From positions 201 through 64,200 of the forward strand of contig DASXOZ010000081.1 in NCBI GenBank assembly GCA_036493895.1: 64,000 nucleotides of DNA, given 5' to 3'. The notes under the pieces were generated by a model. The model saw only the letters and a program-made list of their open reading frames with translations. It did no database searches and had not been told where the DNA came from. The position numbers and the translations under genes were made by a program. Positions 8,315-20,813 of this stretch are shown piece after piece. Within the stretch, counting starts at the first letter, position 1. Each line of letters begins with the position of its first letter. The stretch is from Candidatus Binatia bacterium (GTDB lineage: Bacteria > Desulfobacterota > Binatia > UBA1149 > CAITLU01).

Positions 8315-9409
8315 CTACATCCCCGGCCGCAGGCACGAGTGGATGCTCGCCGCGCCGCCGGTGCGCCCAGCCAGCGTCAGGATCGCCTCTTCGGCTTTCT
8401 CGAGCGGGAAATCGTGCGTGTGCATCTTCGCGAGCGGCACCGTGCCGGATTCGATCAGCCGGATGGCCGAACGATACGCGGCGCTGGTCACGCCGAGCAC
8501 GCCGCGGATCTGGATCTCTTTTACGACGATGAGGTCGCTGATGAAGTCGGGCACGCTCTTGAAGCCCTTGACGCCGGCGAGGACGATGCGCCCGCCGGGA
8601 CGCACGTAGTGCAGCGACTCGGCGACCGGCTCGGTCGCGTTCGCCGAGACCTCGACGACGACATCGGCTCCGCGCCCGCCGGTGAGCTCCTTGACGCGCG
8701 TGCGCACGTCCTCGTTCTCGACGTCGATCGTCGCATCGGCGCCAAACTCGCGCGCGAGTGCCATCTTGGCCCCGTCGCGCGCAAGACCGGTGACGATGAT
8801 CTTTGCGGCGCCAGCCGCGCGGCATGCAATGACGCTCGCGAGGCCGCGCTGTCCCGGCCCGAGGATCAGCACCGTATCGCCGGGCCCCACTTCCCCGGCC
8901 TCGACGGCCCAGCGAAAGCCGGCGCCGAGAGGATTGAACATCACCGCGAGCTCGGCCGGAATCGATCGGTCGATCTTGTGCAGCAGCGTGTTCGGATCCA
9001 GGTACATGTAGTCGGCGTACGCGCCCCACAGGCCCGGAGGATGCGACAACGGTACGTAGGCGTACCCGAACATCGTGCCGCGGCCGCGGCAGAGCTGGTA
9101 GTCGCCGGCGACGCAATCGCGGCAGTTCCCGCAGCGAATCAATGTTTCGACAGCGACACGGTCGCCGGCGTCGACTCCCCAGCGCCTGGCCGCGCGGTCG
9201 CCGATGCGCTCGATGATCCCGAGAGGCTCGTGGCCGGGCACCAGAGGCATGCGCACCGGCAGCAATCCGTCGTATTGCTCGACATCACTACCGCAGATCC
9301 CGCACGCTTCCACGCGAAGGATCGCGCTGTCGGCGTCGATGTCGGGAACCTCGATGTCGCGCATCTCGAGGGCGCGTGGCCCGGTCTGCACGACCGCGCG
9401 CGAATTCAC
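8315..9409 (-). CDS. Zinc-binding alcohol dehydrogenase (MDR family)
   Basis: Catalytic and structural zinc motifs (EACGICGSDVEQYDG, GHEPLGII, CGNCRDCVAGDYQLC) and a Rossmann fold (LILGPGQRGLASVIACRAAGA). Confidence 0.85.
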   Translation of the reverse strand: MNSRAVVQTGPRALEMRDIEVPDIDADSAILRVEACGICGSDVEQYDGLLPVRMPLVPGHEPLGIIERIGDRAARRWGVDAGDRVAVETLIRCGNCRDCVAGDYQLCRGRGTMFGYAYVPLSHPPGLWGAYADYMYLDPNTLLHKIDRSIPAELAVMFNPLGAGFRWAVEAGEVGPGDTVLILGPGQRGLASVIACRAAGAAKIIVTGLARDGAKMALAREFGADATIDVENEDVRTRVKELTGGRGADVVVEVSANATEPVAESLHYVRPGGRIVLAGVKGFKSVPDFISDLIVVKEIQIRGVLGVTSAAYRSAIRLIESGTVPLAKMHTHDFPLEKAEEAILTLAGRTGGAASIHSCLRPGM

Positions 9410-9422
9410 GACGCGATCTCCA

Positions 9423-9836
9423 TCAGTCTTTTCGACTGCCGGCGGATCCAGGTGGATCGGAGATCAGCAGTGTTCCCTGCGCGACGCAGACGAGCTTTGC
9501 TCCGTTGCTCACGTCGACGCGCACCACGGCCGAGCGTCGTCCGCAGGAGAGCACTCGCGATTCCGCAACGAGCGTGCCGCTCTTGACCGCTGCGAGGTAG
9601 TTGATCTTGAACTCGGTGGTCGCTGCCCATTGGCCCGGCTTCATCAACGGATAGAGCACGCAACCGAGCGCATGGTCGACGAGGCCGGCCATCACGCCGC
9701 CGTGGATCGCGCCCATGATCGTCAGCAGCTCTTCGCGAATCGGCATGCTCGCGCGCAGGAAGCCGGGGGTGATCTCGTCGATGGTGACGCCGAGATAGCC
9801 GGGGAGCCCGCCGATCTTGTCGCTGGCGGCGACCAT
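9423..9836 (-). CDS. PaaI-family hotdog-fold thioesterase
   Basis: GAIHGGVMAGLVDHALGCV and the 4HBT-like hotdog core. The start is placed at M (MVAASDKIGG) inside the longer ORF 9423..10073. Confidence 0.65.
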   Translation of the reverse strand: MVAASDKIGGLPGYLGVTIDEITPGFLRASMPIREELLTIMGAIHGGVMAGLVDHALGCVLYPLMKPGQWAATTEFKINYLAAVKSGTLVAESRVLSCGRRSAVVRVDVSNGAKLVCVAQGTLLISDPPGSAGSRKD

Positions 9837-9958
9837 CGCGCTGGCGATCTTCGGGTTGAATTCGGGAAACTCTGGGGCGGCGCTGCTCACGGACGTTGCT
9901 CCTGCGGGCCGGTTGCCCGCGTTTTGCGCCGTCCGTGAGGCAGAGTCGAGGGGCGCCG

Positions 9959-10342
9959 TCAGCCCGGCATCGAATCCTCGAGCCTCACGATCTTGCCGTC
10001 GCGGATCCAGGCTCTCTCCTCGCCCGTCACTCGCAGGTCCGGCTCGCCCTTCTTCCGGTACGTCACTGCCCACGCGACGAAGACGGCGCCGTCGCGAATT
10101 TCGGGGCCGGACAGGGGCTCGAGCAGTCTCTCGTCGTAGAGCCGGTCGAAGGAGTTCACCGATTCGATGAGGTGATCGACGATCTGGTCGCGACCGCTCC
10201 AGGTGCCGCCGAACGGAGGGCCGGCTGCCACTTCATAGACGGCGTCGTCGGAAAAAGACTCGCGAACGGGCTTCCAGTCATCGCTGACGAAGGCCGCTTC
10301 GAATGCCGCGGCGTAGCGGGCGAAAGCTTCGATGTCGTTCAT
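9959..10342 (-). CDS. SnoaL-like / NTF2-fold protein
   Basis: MNDIEAFARYAAAFEAAFVSDDWKPVRESFSDDAVYEV...WIRDGKIVRLED from an ATG at 10342. The N-terminal part of ORF 9959..10555 is treated as an artefactual extension. Confidence 0.55.
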   Translation of the reverse strand: MNDIEAFARYAAAFEAAFVSDDWKPVRESFSDDAVYEVAAGPPFGGTWSGRDQIVDHLIESVNSFDRLYDERLLEPLSGPEIRDGAVFVAWAVTYRKKGEPDLRVTGEERAWIRDGKIVRLEDSMPG

Positions 10343-10635
10343 GGACGCACCTCGGCAGCAGGAACTGTGGATATGGTGGGCCGGCCGTCGAAACCTGCAA
10401 CTGCCGCGCGCGGGCATGGCGCAGGTCTCGCGTACGGCGCGGCGCAGGTGCCGCGCTCGGACGCGGCGCAGCGCCAGGCCCGGAGGCGGCGCGGTGCGGC
10501 CGGCCTCGAAGGCGCGCCGGGCCCTGCGAAGCCGACGAAGCGCTTTCGGGCCCACCCCAAAGGGGGGCTTGTCCGTACGCCGAAAGAGCGGGGAAAACAG
10601 CGCGAATAGACCTTGCCGCGCCCCGTCGAAGAAAT

Positions 10636-10671
10636 ATTGACTTTTCTGTATGGTATGGAAATGGTCGCCTC
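10636..10671 (+). promoter_or_regulatory. Putative promoter / autoregulatory region of the Rrf2-suf operon. It is a short AT-rich patch with a TTGACT -35-like hexamer in an otherwise GC-rich region.
   Basis: ttgacttttctgtatggtatggaaatggtcgcctc lies immediately upstream of the Rrf2 ATG at 10672. The spacing to a -10 element is ambiguous. Confidence 0.3.
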
Positions 10672-11180
10672 ATGCACATCACAGCCCAGGAAGAGTACGG
10701 ACTTCGCTGCCTCCTGCGGGTGGCCATGCACGAGTCCGGCGAGCCGATGCGAACCCAGGAGGTCGCCGCCGCCGAGGGGCTCAGCCTCGAGTACGCCGCC
10801 AAGCTGATGCGGACGCTCAAGAACCAGGGTTTCGTCGAGAGCACCCGCGGCGCCGCCGGCGGCTACCACCTGGCGCGGCCGGCGTCCGAAATCAGCGTCT
10901 GGCAGGTGCTCGAAGAGCTCGGCGGTCCTCTTTACGAGGAAAAGTTCTGCGACGCCCACACCGGCTCCCAGCGAAGCTGCATGCATTCGACGGATTGCTC
11001 GATCCGCGCACTGTGGCGCAACGTCAACGGCATCCTGAAGACGGCGCTGTCGGCGATCTCGCTGACTGACCTTTCGCGCAACGAAGGAATGCTGCACGCG
11101 TGGCTCGCGCGCGACACGTCGGCGCCGCGCGCCGCGTCGCTGGCGGGCGCTGCGTCCCTGTCCGCCCCGGAGCCTGCGCG

Positions 11181-11184
<4 letters not shown>
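10672..11184 (+). CDS. Rrf2-family transcriptional regulator (IscR/SufR-like, with a probable Fe-S-binding Cys triad)
   Basis: An N-terminal wHTH ([19 protein letters not shown]...[31 protein letters not shown]) plus Cys residues ([18 protein letters not shown]). Its stop overlaps the sufB start (ATGA). Confidence 0.85.
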
Positions 11185-13411
<2,227 letters not shown>

Positions 13412-13428
13412 CGGAAAAGGACGAGACC

Positions 13429-14796
13429 ATGGCGACGGCCGATCCGAAAGCAGCATTCACCGGCGATTTCGAGCGCCTGCGTGAAGGTCTGCCCGGCCGC
13501 GGCGCCGCGTGGCTCGACGCGCTGAGGCGTGACGCGATCAGCGCCTTCGCGCTCGCCGGCTTTCCCGGAGTTCGCGACGAGGACTGGAAGTACACGAACA
13601 TCCTTCCGGCGCTGAAGGACCGGCTGGAACCCGTGCTCGATTCCGAGGCCGCCGCCGTCGATGACAGTCGGCTGAGGCCGCTCGTTTCGCAGGCTTCGGG
13701 CATCACCGCCGACGCTCCCCTCGTCGTTTTCGTCGACGGGCACTTTCGCGCTTCGCTGTCGCGGCCCGGTGGCAGCGTCGCCGGCGCTTCGGTGCGACTG
13801 TCGAGTCTTCGCGAGCGCCTGGCGACCGATCCTCAGCAACTGGAGCCGTGGCTCGGACGCTACCTGCCGGTTGCGGCCCACGGATTTGCCGCTCTCAACA
13901 CCGCCTTTCTCGACGACGGTGCGGTCATCGAGATTGCCGAAGGAGCGATCAATGAACAGCCGCTCCACGTCGTCTACCTTGCGACGCGGCGCGAGCGGCC
14001 TTTCGTCGCGTATCCGCGCAACGTCGTCATCGCCGGGCCCCGCAGCTCGGCACTGGTGGTCGAGCATTACATTGGCGAGGACGGCGCGCGGTGCCTGACC
14101 AACGCCGCGAGCGAAGTCGTGCTCCGCTCCGGGGCCGTGCTCGGTCACGTTCGCATCCAGGACGAAGCGAAGTCTTCGTTCCACGTCGCGCGCGTCGAGG
14201 TGGAACAGGGACCCGGCAGCAATTTCGTATCGCACGCCTTCGGGTTCGGCGCGGCATTGTCGCGAACCGAGCTCACCGTGCGCCTGGCGGGTGAGCAGGC
14301 CGAATGCCGGATGTCGGGACTGTATGCGATGGACGGCTCGCGCCACGTCGACCACCACGTGACGATCGACCACTGCGCGCCGCACACGCGCAGCGACCAG
14401 CTCTTCAAGGGCATCCTCGACGACAAATCGCGCGGCGTGTTCACCGGAAGAGTGCTCGTGCGTGCCGGCTCGCAGAAAATCAGGGCGATGCAGAAGAACC
14501 CGAGCATTCTGCTCGGCGAAGGCGCGGTGGCCGAAACGCGGCCCCAGCTCGAGATCTACGCCGACGACGTCGTGTGCAACCACGGAGCCACCGTCGGCCG
14601 CCTCGACGAGAGCGCGCTGTTCTACCTGCTGTCGCGCGGCATCGATCCGCGCGAAGCGCGCAGGCTGCTGGTCGCGGGCTTCGCCGCCGAGGTCGTGGAG
14701 TCGGTGGTGCCCGAAACGCTTCGCCACGCGCTGACGGCGATGGTTGGCGAGCGCATTCGTGCGCTCGGGACGGCCGCGAAGGGGCAGGCCGCATGA
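13429..14796 (+). CDS. sufD: Fe-S cluster assembly protein SufD
   Basis: SufD-like C-terminal beta-helix region (HHVTIDHCAPHTRSDQLFKGILDDKSRGVFTGRVLVRAGSQKIRAMQKNPSILL). The start is placed at the ATG at 13429 (MATADPK), downstream of the sufC stop. Confidence 0.9.
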   Translation: MATADPKAAFTGDFERLREGLPGRGAAWLDALRRDAISAFALAGFPGVRDEDWKYTNILPALKDRLEPVLDSEAAAVDDSRLRPLVSQASGITADAPLVVFVDGHFRASLSRPGGSVAGASVRLSSLRERLATDPQQLEPWLGRYLPVAAHGFAALNTAFLDDGAVIEIAEGAINEQPLHVVYLATRRERPFVAYPRNVVIAGPRSSALVVEHYIGEDGARCLTNAASEVVLRSGAVLGHVRIQDEAKSSFHVARVEVEQGPGSNFVSHAFGFGAALSRTELTVRLAGEQAECRMSGLYAMDGSRHVDHHVTIDHCAPHTRSDQLFKGILDDKSRGVFTGRVLVRAGSQKIRAMQKNPSILLGEGAVAETRPQLEIYADDVVCNHGATVGRLDESALFYLLSRGIDPREARRLLVAGFAAEVVESVVPETLRHALTAMVGERIRALGTAAKGQAA

Positions 14797-16046
14797 CGAC
14801 TGCGCTGCGTCAGCCCGGGCCGCGCGTGTCTCTCGACGTGGACGAGATCCGCGCCCAGTTCCCGATCCTCCGTGAAAAGATCTCGGGCAAGCCGCTCGTC
14901 TATCTCGACAACGCGGCCAGCACCCAGAAGCCGCGCGCCGTGCTCGATGCCGTCACGCGCTACTACGAGCACGACAACGCGAACGTGCACCGCGGCGTGC
15001 ACACGCTGAGCGAGCGCGCCACGGTCGCTTACGAAGCGGCGCGCACCAAGCTCGCGCGCTTCATCGGTGCCAGCGATCCTTCGGAGATCGTCTGGGTGCG
15101 CGGGACCACCGAGGCACTGAACCTCGTCGCGTGGTCCTACGGGATGTCCGTGCTCGGAGCCGGCGACGAGGTGCTGCTGACCGGGCTCGAGCACCACTCG
15201 AACATCGTGCCGTGGCAGATGGTCTGCGAAAAGAGCGGTGCCAGGCTTCGCGTCGTGCCGGTGCTCGACAGCGGCGAGATCGACATGGCCGCGTTCGCGT
15301 CCCTGCTCGGCCCGCGCACGAAGATCGTCTCGGTGGCGCACGTCTCCAACGCGCTCGGCACGATCCTGCCTGTCGCGGAGATCTGCCGCCTCGCGCACGA
15401 GGCCGGCGCGAAAGTCGTCGTCGACGGAGCCCAGGCGGTCGCGCATGCTCCGGTCGATGTCGCCGCGCTCGGCTGCGATTTCTATGCGTTGTCCGGTCAC
15501 AAGATGTACGCACCGATGGGAATCGGCGCGCTCTGGGCACGCCGGGAGCTGCTCGATGCGATGCCTCCGTGGCAGGGCGGCGGCGAAATGATCCTCGACG
15601 TGACGTTCGAGAAGACCACGTACAACGTCGCGCCGCACAAGTTCGAGGCGGGCACTCCGGACGTCGGCGGCGCGATCGGTCTCGGTGCCGCCGTGGACTG
15701 GATCGAGTCGGTGGGACGCGACCGCATTGCCGCCCACGAGAGCGTGCTGCTCGCGTACGCCGCCGAAGCGCTGATGTCGGTCCCGGAGCTGAGGATGATC
15801 GGCACCGCGCGCGCGAAGGCCGGCGTTCATTCCTTCGTGATCGGGGACATCCATCCGCACGACATCGGCACCATCCTCGACAGCGAAGGCATCGCGATTC
15901 GCACCGGCCATCACTGCGCGCAGCCGGTGATGCACCGGTTCGGCCTGGCGGCCACCGCGCGCGCATCGATCGCCGTCTACAACACGACGGAGGACATCGA
16001 CTGCCTCGTCGATGGGCTCGCAAAAGTGCGGGAGCTGTTTCGCTGA
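14793..16046 (+). CDS. sufS: Cysteine desulfurase SufS (PLP-dependent, group II)
   Basis: LVYLDNAASTQKP, ALSGHKMYAPMGIGAL (PLP-binding Lys), RTGHHCAQP (active-site Cys). The ATG at 14793 overlaps the sufD stop. Confidence 0.9.
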   Translation: MTTALRQPGPRVSLDVDEIRAQFPILREKISGKPLVYLDNAASTQKPRAVLDAVTRYYEHDNANVHRGVHTLSERATVAYEAARTKLARFIGASDPSEIVWVRGTTEALNLVAWSYGMSVLGAGDEVLLTGLEHHSNIVPWQMVCEKSGARLRVVPVLDSGEIDMAAFASLLGPRTKIVSVAHVSNALGTILPVAEICRLAHEAGAKVVVDGAQAVAHAPVDVAALGCDFYALSGHKMYAPMGIGALWARRELLDAMPPWQGGGEMILDVTFEKTTYNVAPHKFEAGTPDVGGAIGLGAAVDWIESVGRDRIAAHESVLLAYAAEALMSVPELRMIGTARAKAGVHSFVIGDIHPHDIGTILDSEGIAIRTGHHCAQPVMHRFGLAATARASIAVYNTTEDIDCLVDGLAKVRELFR

Positions 16047-16507
16047 TGTCGGACCTTCGCGACCTTTACCAGGAGCTGATCCTGGACCACGGGCGCCGCC
16101 CGCGGAATTTCGGTCCGCTGCCGGGCGCGACGCACGATGCGATCGGGCACAACCCGCTGTGCGGCGACAGGATCACGCTGCACCTGAAGATGAACGGCGA
16201 CCTCGTCGACGGCGTCAGCTTCGAGGGACAGGGCTGCGCGATCTCCCAGGCATCGGCATCGCTTCTGACCGAAGCCGTGCGCGGACGCCGCCTGCCGGAG
16301 GTGCTCGCGCTGTTTCGAAAGACGACGGCGCTGGTGACCGGACGCGACGACGACGTCGCGCGCGAGGACAGCGTCGAGCTCGGCAAGCTTGCGGTGTTCG
16401 AAGGGGTGCGCCAGTACCCGATGCGCGTCAAGTGCGCGACGCTGGCCTGGCACACGCTGCACAACGCGCTGGAAGGACACGCGACCGAGGTCGCGAAAAC
16501 GGAATGA
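16046..16507 (+). CDS. sufU: SufU / NifU-like zinc-dependent sulfurtransferase
   Basis: MSDLRDLYQELILDHGRRPRNFGPL...HNPLCGDRITLHLK...EGQGCAISQASASLL...VKCATLAWHTL. The ATG at 16046 overlaps the sufS stop. Confidence 0.85.
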   Translation: MSDLRDLYQELILDHGRRPRNFGPLPGATHDAIGHNPLCGDRITLHLKMNGDLVDGVSFEGQGCAISQASASLLTEAVRGRRLPEVLALFRKTTALVTGRDDDVAREDSVELGKLAVFEGVRQYPMRVKCATLAWHTLHNALEGHATEVAKTE

Positions 16508-16944
16508 CGATGGCAACTCCGATCCAGACCCCTGCCGCGGAAACCGTCCCTGCATCGCAGCCCGACGTGCCTGCAACGTCCCCTCAGGCGACCCCGCCGA
16601 TGGCCACCACTGCGGCGCCGGCGTCCGGCCAGGTGGACGGCCACAAGCTCGAGCAGCTCGTGATCGATGCCCTGCACACGGTGTACGATCCGGAGATCCC
16701 GGTCGACATCTACGAGCTGGGCCTGATCTACAGCATCGACATCAGTCCTGAAGGAAAAGTCGGCGTCACGATGACGTTGACGACTCCCGCGTGCCCCGTC
16801 GCGGGCTCGATGCCGGGAACGGTCGAGAAAGTGCTGCGCATGATCGACGGAGTGACCGACGTCGTCGTCGACCTGGTCTGGGAGCCGACGTGGGGCCCGG
16901 CGATGATGACCGAGTCGGCGCGCCTGCAGCTCAACATGTACTGA
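16504..16944 (+). CDS. sufT: SufT-like DUF59 (MIP18 family) Fe-S assembly protein with a Pro/Ala/Thr-rich N-terminal extension
   Basis: C-terminal DUF59 core (VIDALHTVYDPEIPVDIYELGLIY...TMTLTTPACPVAG...DLVWEPTWGP). The ATG at 16504 overlaps the sufU stop. Confidence 0.8.
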   Translation: MTMATPIQTPAAETVPASQPDVPATSPQATPPMATTAAPASGQVDGHKLEQLVIDALHTVYDPEIPVDIYELGLIYSIDISPEGKVGVTMTLTTPACPVAGSMPGTVEKVLRMIDGVTDVVVDLVWEPTWGPAMMTESARLQLNMY

Positions 16945-16964
16945 CAGGCGGCGAAGGAACCCCG

Positions 16965-17489
16965 ATGTCGATCCTCCGGATGTTCGGCCATACCGCGCCT
17001 TCGAGCTCGTCTGCCGATACCCAGACCGTGCGCAAGATCGTCGCGTCGCTCGATGCGATGGACCCGGAGCGTGCGCGATTCATCGCGGCGTTCGCGTTCC
17101 TGCTCTGCCGCGTCGCGCGCACCGATCTGGTGATCAGCGACGAGGAAGCGCGCGAGATGGAGCGCATCGTGATGGAAAAGGGCGGCCTGTCCGAGGAGCA
17201 GGCCGTGCTCGTGCTGCAGATCGCCAAGAGCCAGGAAGCGCTTTTCGGCGGCACCGAAAACTTCCTCGTCACTCGGGAATTCAGCAAGCTCGCGACGCGC
17301 GATGAGAAACTCGCGCTGCTCGACTGCCTGTTCGCCGTGTCGGCCGCCGACCAGTCGATCTCGACGGCCGAGGACAACGAAATCGTACGGATCTGCGCCG
17401 AGCTGCAGCTCCCGCGCGAGGAAGTCGTCAACGCGCGCAGCAGGTACCGCGAATATTTGGCGGTGCTGAAGGGGATGCCCGGGCAGTGA
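16965..17489 (+). CDS. TerB-like (tellurite resistance TerB / DjlA N-terminal domain family) protein
   Basis: 174 aa from the ATG at 16965 with the RBS ggcgaaggaacccc. It has TerB-like helical repeats (FIAAFAFLLCRVARTDLVISDEEAREMERIV...LALLDCLFAVSAADQSISTAEDNEIVRICAELQLP). Confidence 0.55.
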   Translation: MSILRMFGHTAPSSSSADTQTVRKIVASLDAMDPERARFIAAFAFLLCRVARTDLVISDEEAREMERIVMEKGGLSEEQAVLVLQIAKSQEALFGGTENFLVTREFSKLATRDEKLALLDCLFAVSAADQSISTAEDNEIVRICAELQLPREEVVNARSRYREYLAVLKGMPGQ

Positions 17490-17490
17490 G

Positions 17491-18540
17491 CTACGCGAGC
17501 AGCGGCGATTCCCCGCGCGCCAGCCCGCTCATCCCCACGCTCGCCTCCCACAACTCGCCGGCGCGGCCGGCGTCATACGACTGGTCGGACGACGGCGACT
17601 CGTACCATCGCGTGTGCGACGGATAGTATCGCGCGCCGGGCGCAGCCAGGCGCGGATCGAGAACGAGCTGCGCCAACGCGGCGCCGGATTTTTCCGCCGT
17701 GCTGATGCTGGGGACGAAGCGCGTGAGGCCGGCGGCCATCGCCGGCATGACCTGGCTCCAGACGAATTGCATCCAGCCCGGATATTCGCGGGCGAGCCCG
17801 GAGCCTGGGACCAGGCCAGGGTCGAAGGCGTTGATCGCGAGCACCTGGTTGCCCGAGCCGATGCCGGCCACCGCCAGCCGCCTTGCCAGCTCGTAGGAAA
17901 ACCAGAGGTTGCACAGCTTGCTGTTGACGTACGCAAGGCCGCCGTTGAAGCGCTCGCGCGACGCGCAGCCGGTGGCGGCTAGCGTTTGCATGTCCGTAAC
18001 GTTCGCTTTGGGCATTCCGGTGAAACGCTTCGAGTCGTGCACGCCGGACGACACGACGACGATACGCGCCGGCGCGCTGGCGAGAAGCCGCGACAGCAGC
18101 AGGTTCACGAGCAGAAAGTGGCCGAGGTGATTGACGGCGAACGTCAGCTCGTAACCTTTTTCCGATAGCACCGGCCCCTTCGTGAACTGCAGGCCGGCGT
18201 TGCAGACGAGCGCCTCCAGCGCGAGATCGCGCGCGTCGATCGCCGCCACCAGCTCGCGGATGGACTCGGGCGACGCAAGGTCGAGCTCCATCGCCTCGAT
18301 GCGGTCGCTGCCCGCCTCGGAAGCGATGCGGGAAACCGCCTGGTCCGACGCCCTCCGGCTGCGACTCGCGATGACGACGTGATGCCCCGCCTTGGCCAGC
18401 GCCCGCGCACACTCGTAGCCGATACCCGAATTGCCGCCGGTGACCAGCACCGTGCGCGTGCCGCGCGCGCTCGTGTCGCGCGCCTCGCGCGCGCTCATGT
18501 TGCCCGCCTCGCGCGCATTCCCGTTGCTGGCTTCGACCAT
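17491..18540 (-). CDS. SDR-family oxidoreductase (retinol/protochlorophyllide-reductase-like)
   Basis: VLVTGGNSGIGYECARAL (TGxxxGxG), NAG, and a YxxxK-like segment (YVNSKLCNLW). The exact start is uncertain; 18498 is an alternative. Confidence 0.8.
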   Translation of the reverse strand: MVEASNGNAREAGNMSAREARDTSARGTRTVLVTGGNSGIGYECARALAKAGHHVVIASRSRRASDQAVSRIASEAGSDRIEAMELDLASPESIRELVAAIDARDLALEALVCNAGLQFTKGPVLSEKGYELTFAVNHLGHFLLVNLLLSRLLASAPARIVVVSSGVHDSKRFTGMPKANVTDMQTLAATGCASRERFNGGLAYVNSKLCNLWFSYELARRLAVAGIGSGNQVLAINAFDPGLVPGSGLAREYPGWMQFVWSQVMPAMAAGLTRFVPSISTAEKSGAALAQLVLDPRLAAPGARYYPSHTRWYESPSSDQSYDAGRAGELWEASVGMSGLARGESPLLA

Positions 18541-18553
18541 GGCTGTGCCGTCC

Positions 18554-19465
18554 TCAGCCCATCGCCGCGATGAAGCTGGCCGTCACCGCGGCAAGCTCTT
18601 CCCCGCAGTCTTCCTGCAGGAAATGGCCGCCTCCCTTGATCGTGGTGTGCGGCTGACCCTTGCACCCGGGAATTCGCTGCTGGAAGCCGCGGTCGCCGCC
18701 CGCCGTAATCGGATCGCTGTCGCTGAATGCGGTCAGGAACGGCTTGGTCCACCGGTCGAAGACTTCCCACGCGCGGCGGTTCGGCCCGTTGGCGGGATCC
18801 TGCGGCGTCGCGGGCACGAGCGTCGGAAACTGCCGCGCTCCAGCCTTGAAGCTCTCGTCGGGATACGGCGCGTCGTAGGCGCGCAGCACTTCATCGCTGA
18901 GCTCGGTCACCGTCGCGCCCTGCAGGATGCGCGAAGTGGGGAACACCGGCACTTCCTGCGAGAACTTGCGCCACGCGAAGAACGCTTCGCCCGGCGACGC
19001 ATCACCAGTGGGAAGAAACGTGTTGGCGGCGACGATGCGGTCGAAGCGATCCGCGTGCTCGGCGGCCAGGCGAAGACCGAGAAGCCCGCCCCAATCCTGG
19101 CACACGAGCGTGACGTGCTTGAGATCGAGCCGGTCGACGACGAGCTCGCGCAGCCAGTCGACGTGACTCTGGTAGGTGTAGGAGCTGCGATCGGCCGGCT
19201 TGTCCGATTTTCCGAAGCCGACCAGGTCGGGTGCGACGCAGCGATGCCCTGCACTCACAAGGGGCGGAATCATCTTGCGGTACAGGTAGCTCCACGACGG
19301 CTCGCCGTGCAGCAGCAGCACCGGCGCGGCAGCCGGCGGGCCTTCATCGACGTAGTGCATGCGCAGCTTTCCACCGTCGCCGCTGGCGACGTCGGCGTAG
19401 TGGGGCGCGAAGGGATAGCCGGCAAGGTTGGTGAATCGGTCGTCGGGAGTGCGAAGAATGTTCAT
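18554..19465 (-). CDS. Haloalkane-dehalogenase-like alpha/beta hydrolase
   Basis: 303 aa from the ATG at 19465: PVLLLHGEPSWSYLYRKMIP, the nucleophile elbow VCQDWGG, and a C-terminal GGGHFLQED. The upstream part of ORF 18554..20290 is an artefact. Confidence 0.8.
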   Translation of the reverse strand: MNILRTPDDRFTNLAGYPFAPHYADVASGDGGKLRMHYVDEGPPAAAPVLLLHGEPSWSYLYRKMIPPLVSAGHRCVAPDLVGFGKSDKPADRSSYTYQSHVDWLRELVVDRLDLKHVTLVCQDWGGLLGLRLAAEHADRFDRIVAANTFLPTGDASPGEAFFAWRKFSQEVPVFPTSRILQGATVTELSDEVLRAYDAPYPDESFKAGARQFPTLVPATPQDPANGPNRRAWEVFDRWTKPFLTAFSDSDPITAGGDRGFQQRIPGCKGQPHTTIKGGGHFLQEDCGEELAAVTASFIAAMG

Positions 19466-19621
19466 CGCGGCGCAGCGTAGAAGGACGCCGCGCACGGGGC
19501 AAATGGTCCGGGCCGCGGGTTTTCCGAGCCTTTGCGGCGTCCGCAGTCGGGCGGCGAGCATGGCCGGCGGCCTGCGCGCCGCTGTGGACTCTTCGCGCCG
19601 GATATTCGACTCTCGCGCGCG

Positions 19622-20431
19622 ATGCCGGCCAGCGCGAAGGACACGGTCGTCATCACCGGCGCCGCCAGCGGCATCGGGCGAGCGCTGGCGCGCGAGTTTC
19701 ACCGCGAGGGCTATTCGCTGGCGCTCGTCGATATCGACCGCGAGGGCCTCGACGAGATCACCACGTCCCTTCCCGGAGCAACCGCTCATCTCGGAGACGT
19801 GGCAAGGGAGGCCGATGTCGCGGCGATTCGCGAGAGCGTCGTCCGCGCTCACGACACGGTGCACATTCTCGTCAACAATGCGGGAGTGTCGGCGGCAGGG
19901 CTCATCGAGGAAATGCCGATCGAAGCGCTGCAGCGCACGATGGACGTCAACTTCTGGGGCATCGTCTACTGCTGTCGCGCGTTTCTCGTCGATCTGAGGG
20001 CCGCGGCCGCGCAAGGACAGAGCGCGGCGATCTGCAACGTGCTGAGCGACTTCGCGCTGCTGTCGCTGCCGACCAAAGCCGCCTACGCGGCTTCCAAGCA
20101 CGCGGCCCGCGCGTTCACCGAGGCGCTCGGAGCCGAGCTGTACGGCAGCGGCGTGTCGGTGACGGCGGTCTATCCGGGTGCGACGGCGACGGCGATCGTT
20201 CGCAGCGGCTTCGCAGTCGACCCGCTCAAGCAGCAGCGCGAAGCGGATTACCTCGCTCGCGGCACGGCACCGGAAGTGGTTGCGCGCCACATCGTGCGCG
20301 CGATCCGCGCGCGGCGCTCCCGCGTGCTCGTCGGGCTCGACACGCGGGCAATCGACATCGCCTCGCGGGTAGCGCCTGGCCTGCTGCAGTTCGGCGTGCG
20401 CCGGCTGTGGCGGCGTGTGCCTTTCCTCTGA
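19622..20431 (+). CDS. SDR-family oxidoreductase
   Basis: [30 protein letters not shown] (YxxxK). The start is at the ATG at 19622 inside ORF 19532..20431. Confidence 0.8.
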   Translation: MPASAKDTVVITGAASGIGRALAREFHREGYSLALVDIDREGLDEITTSLPGATAHLGDVAREADVAAIRESVVRAHDTVHILVNNAGVSAAGLIEEMPIEALQRTMDVNFWGIVYCCRAFLVDLRAAAAQGQSAAICNVLSDFALLSLPTKAAYAASKHAARAFTEALGAELYGSGVSVTAVYPGATATAIVRSGFAVDPLKQQREADYLARGTAPEVVARHIVRAIRARRSRVLVGLDTRAIDIASRVAPGLLQFGVRRLWRRVPFL

Positions 20432-20457
20432 AGATCGCCACGACGAGGAGCGTCAGG

Positions 20458-20646
20458 ATGCAACTGGTCGGAATGCCCGATTCGCCTTACGTGCGACCTC
20501 CAGACGGGGATCACGGCGGCCGTCACGTTCCGTTTCCGCAGTTGACGATTCCGCAGGTGGTCGTTGCAGCGGATCATCCGTCCTGGCGCGAGTTTGCCGA
20601 GAGCGCCGAGACGCTGCCGGAGTTCCTGGCGCTGCCGCAGCAGTGA
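20458..20646 (+). CDS. Candidate small ORF (62 aa) of unknown function
   Basis: [62 protein letters not shown], preceded by gaggagcgtcagg as a possible RBS. No recognisable family. Confidence 0.25.
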   Translation: MQLVGMPDSPYVRPPDGDHGGRHVPFPQLTIPQVVVAADHPSWREFAESAETLPEFLALPQQ

Positions 20647-20813
20647 GCGCGGAAGCGGCGAATCCGGTCGCGATCGCGCCCGGGTGCGCGCCCTTGACGG
20701 CCCGGAGGCGCGGACGTAGCGTCGCTCGTCGCGCCGTGCGCAGGGCAATGCGCGCGGCGCCGGAACAACCCGAGCCATCGAGCCAGCCAGACAGACACGC
20801 AGGAGGAACTTCC

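Noticed and set aside
7668-9116. 482-aa minus-strand ORF called as a single gene
   Set aside because: Only the C-terminal 178 aa (ChaC) look like protein. The N-terminal 300 aa are an Arg-rich artefact and overlap the real ADH gene on the same strand in another frame.
14304-16507. Long N-terminal extensions of the sufS and sufU ORFs (14304..16046 and 15131..16507)
   Set aside because: The extensions are Arg/Pro-rich with no similarity. Conserved N-termini and overlapping start/stop codons place the true starts at 14793 and 16046.
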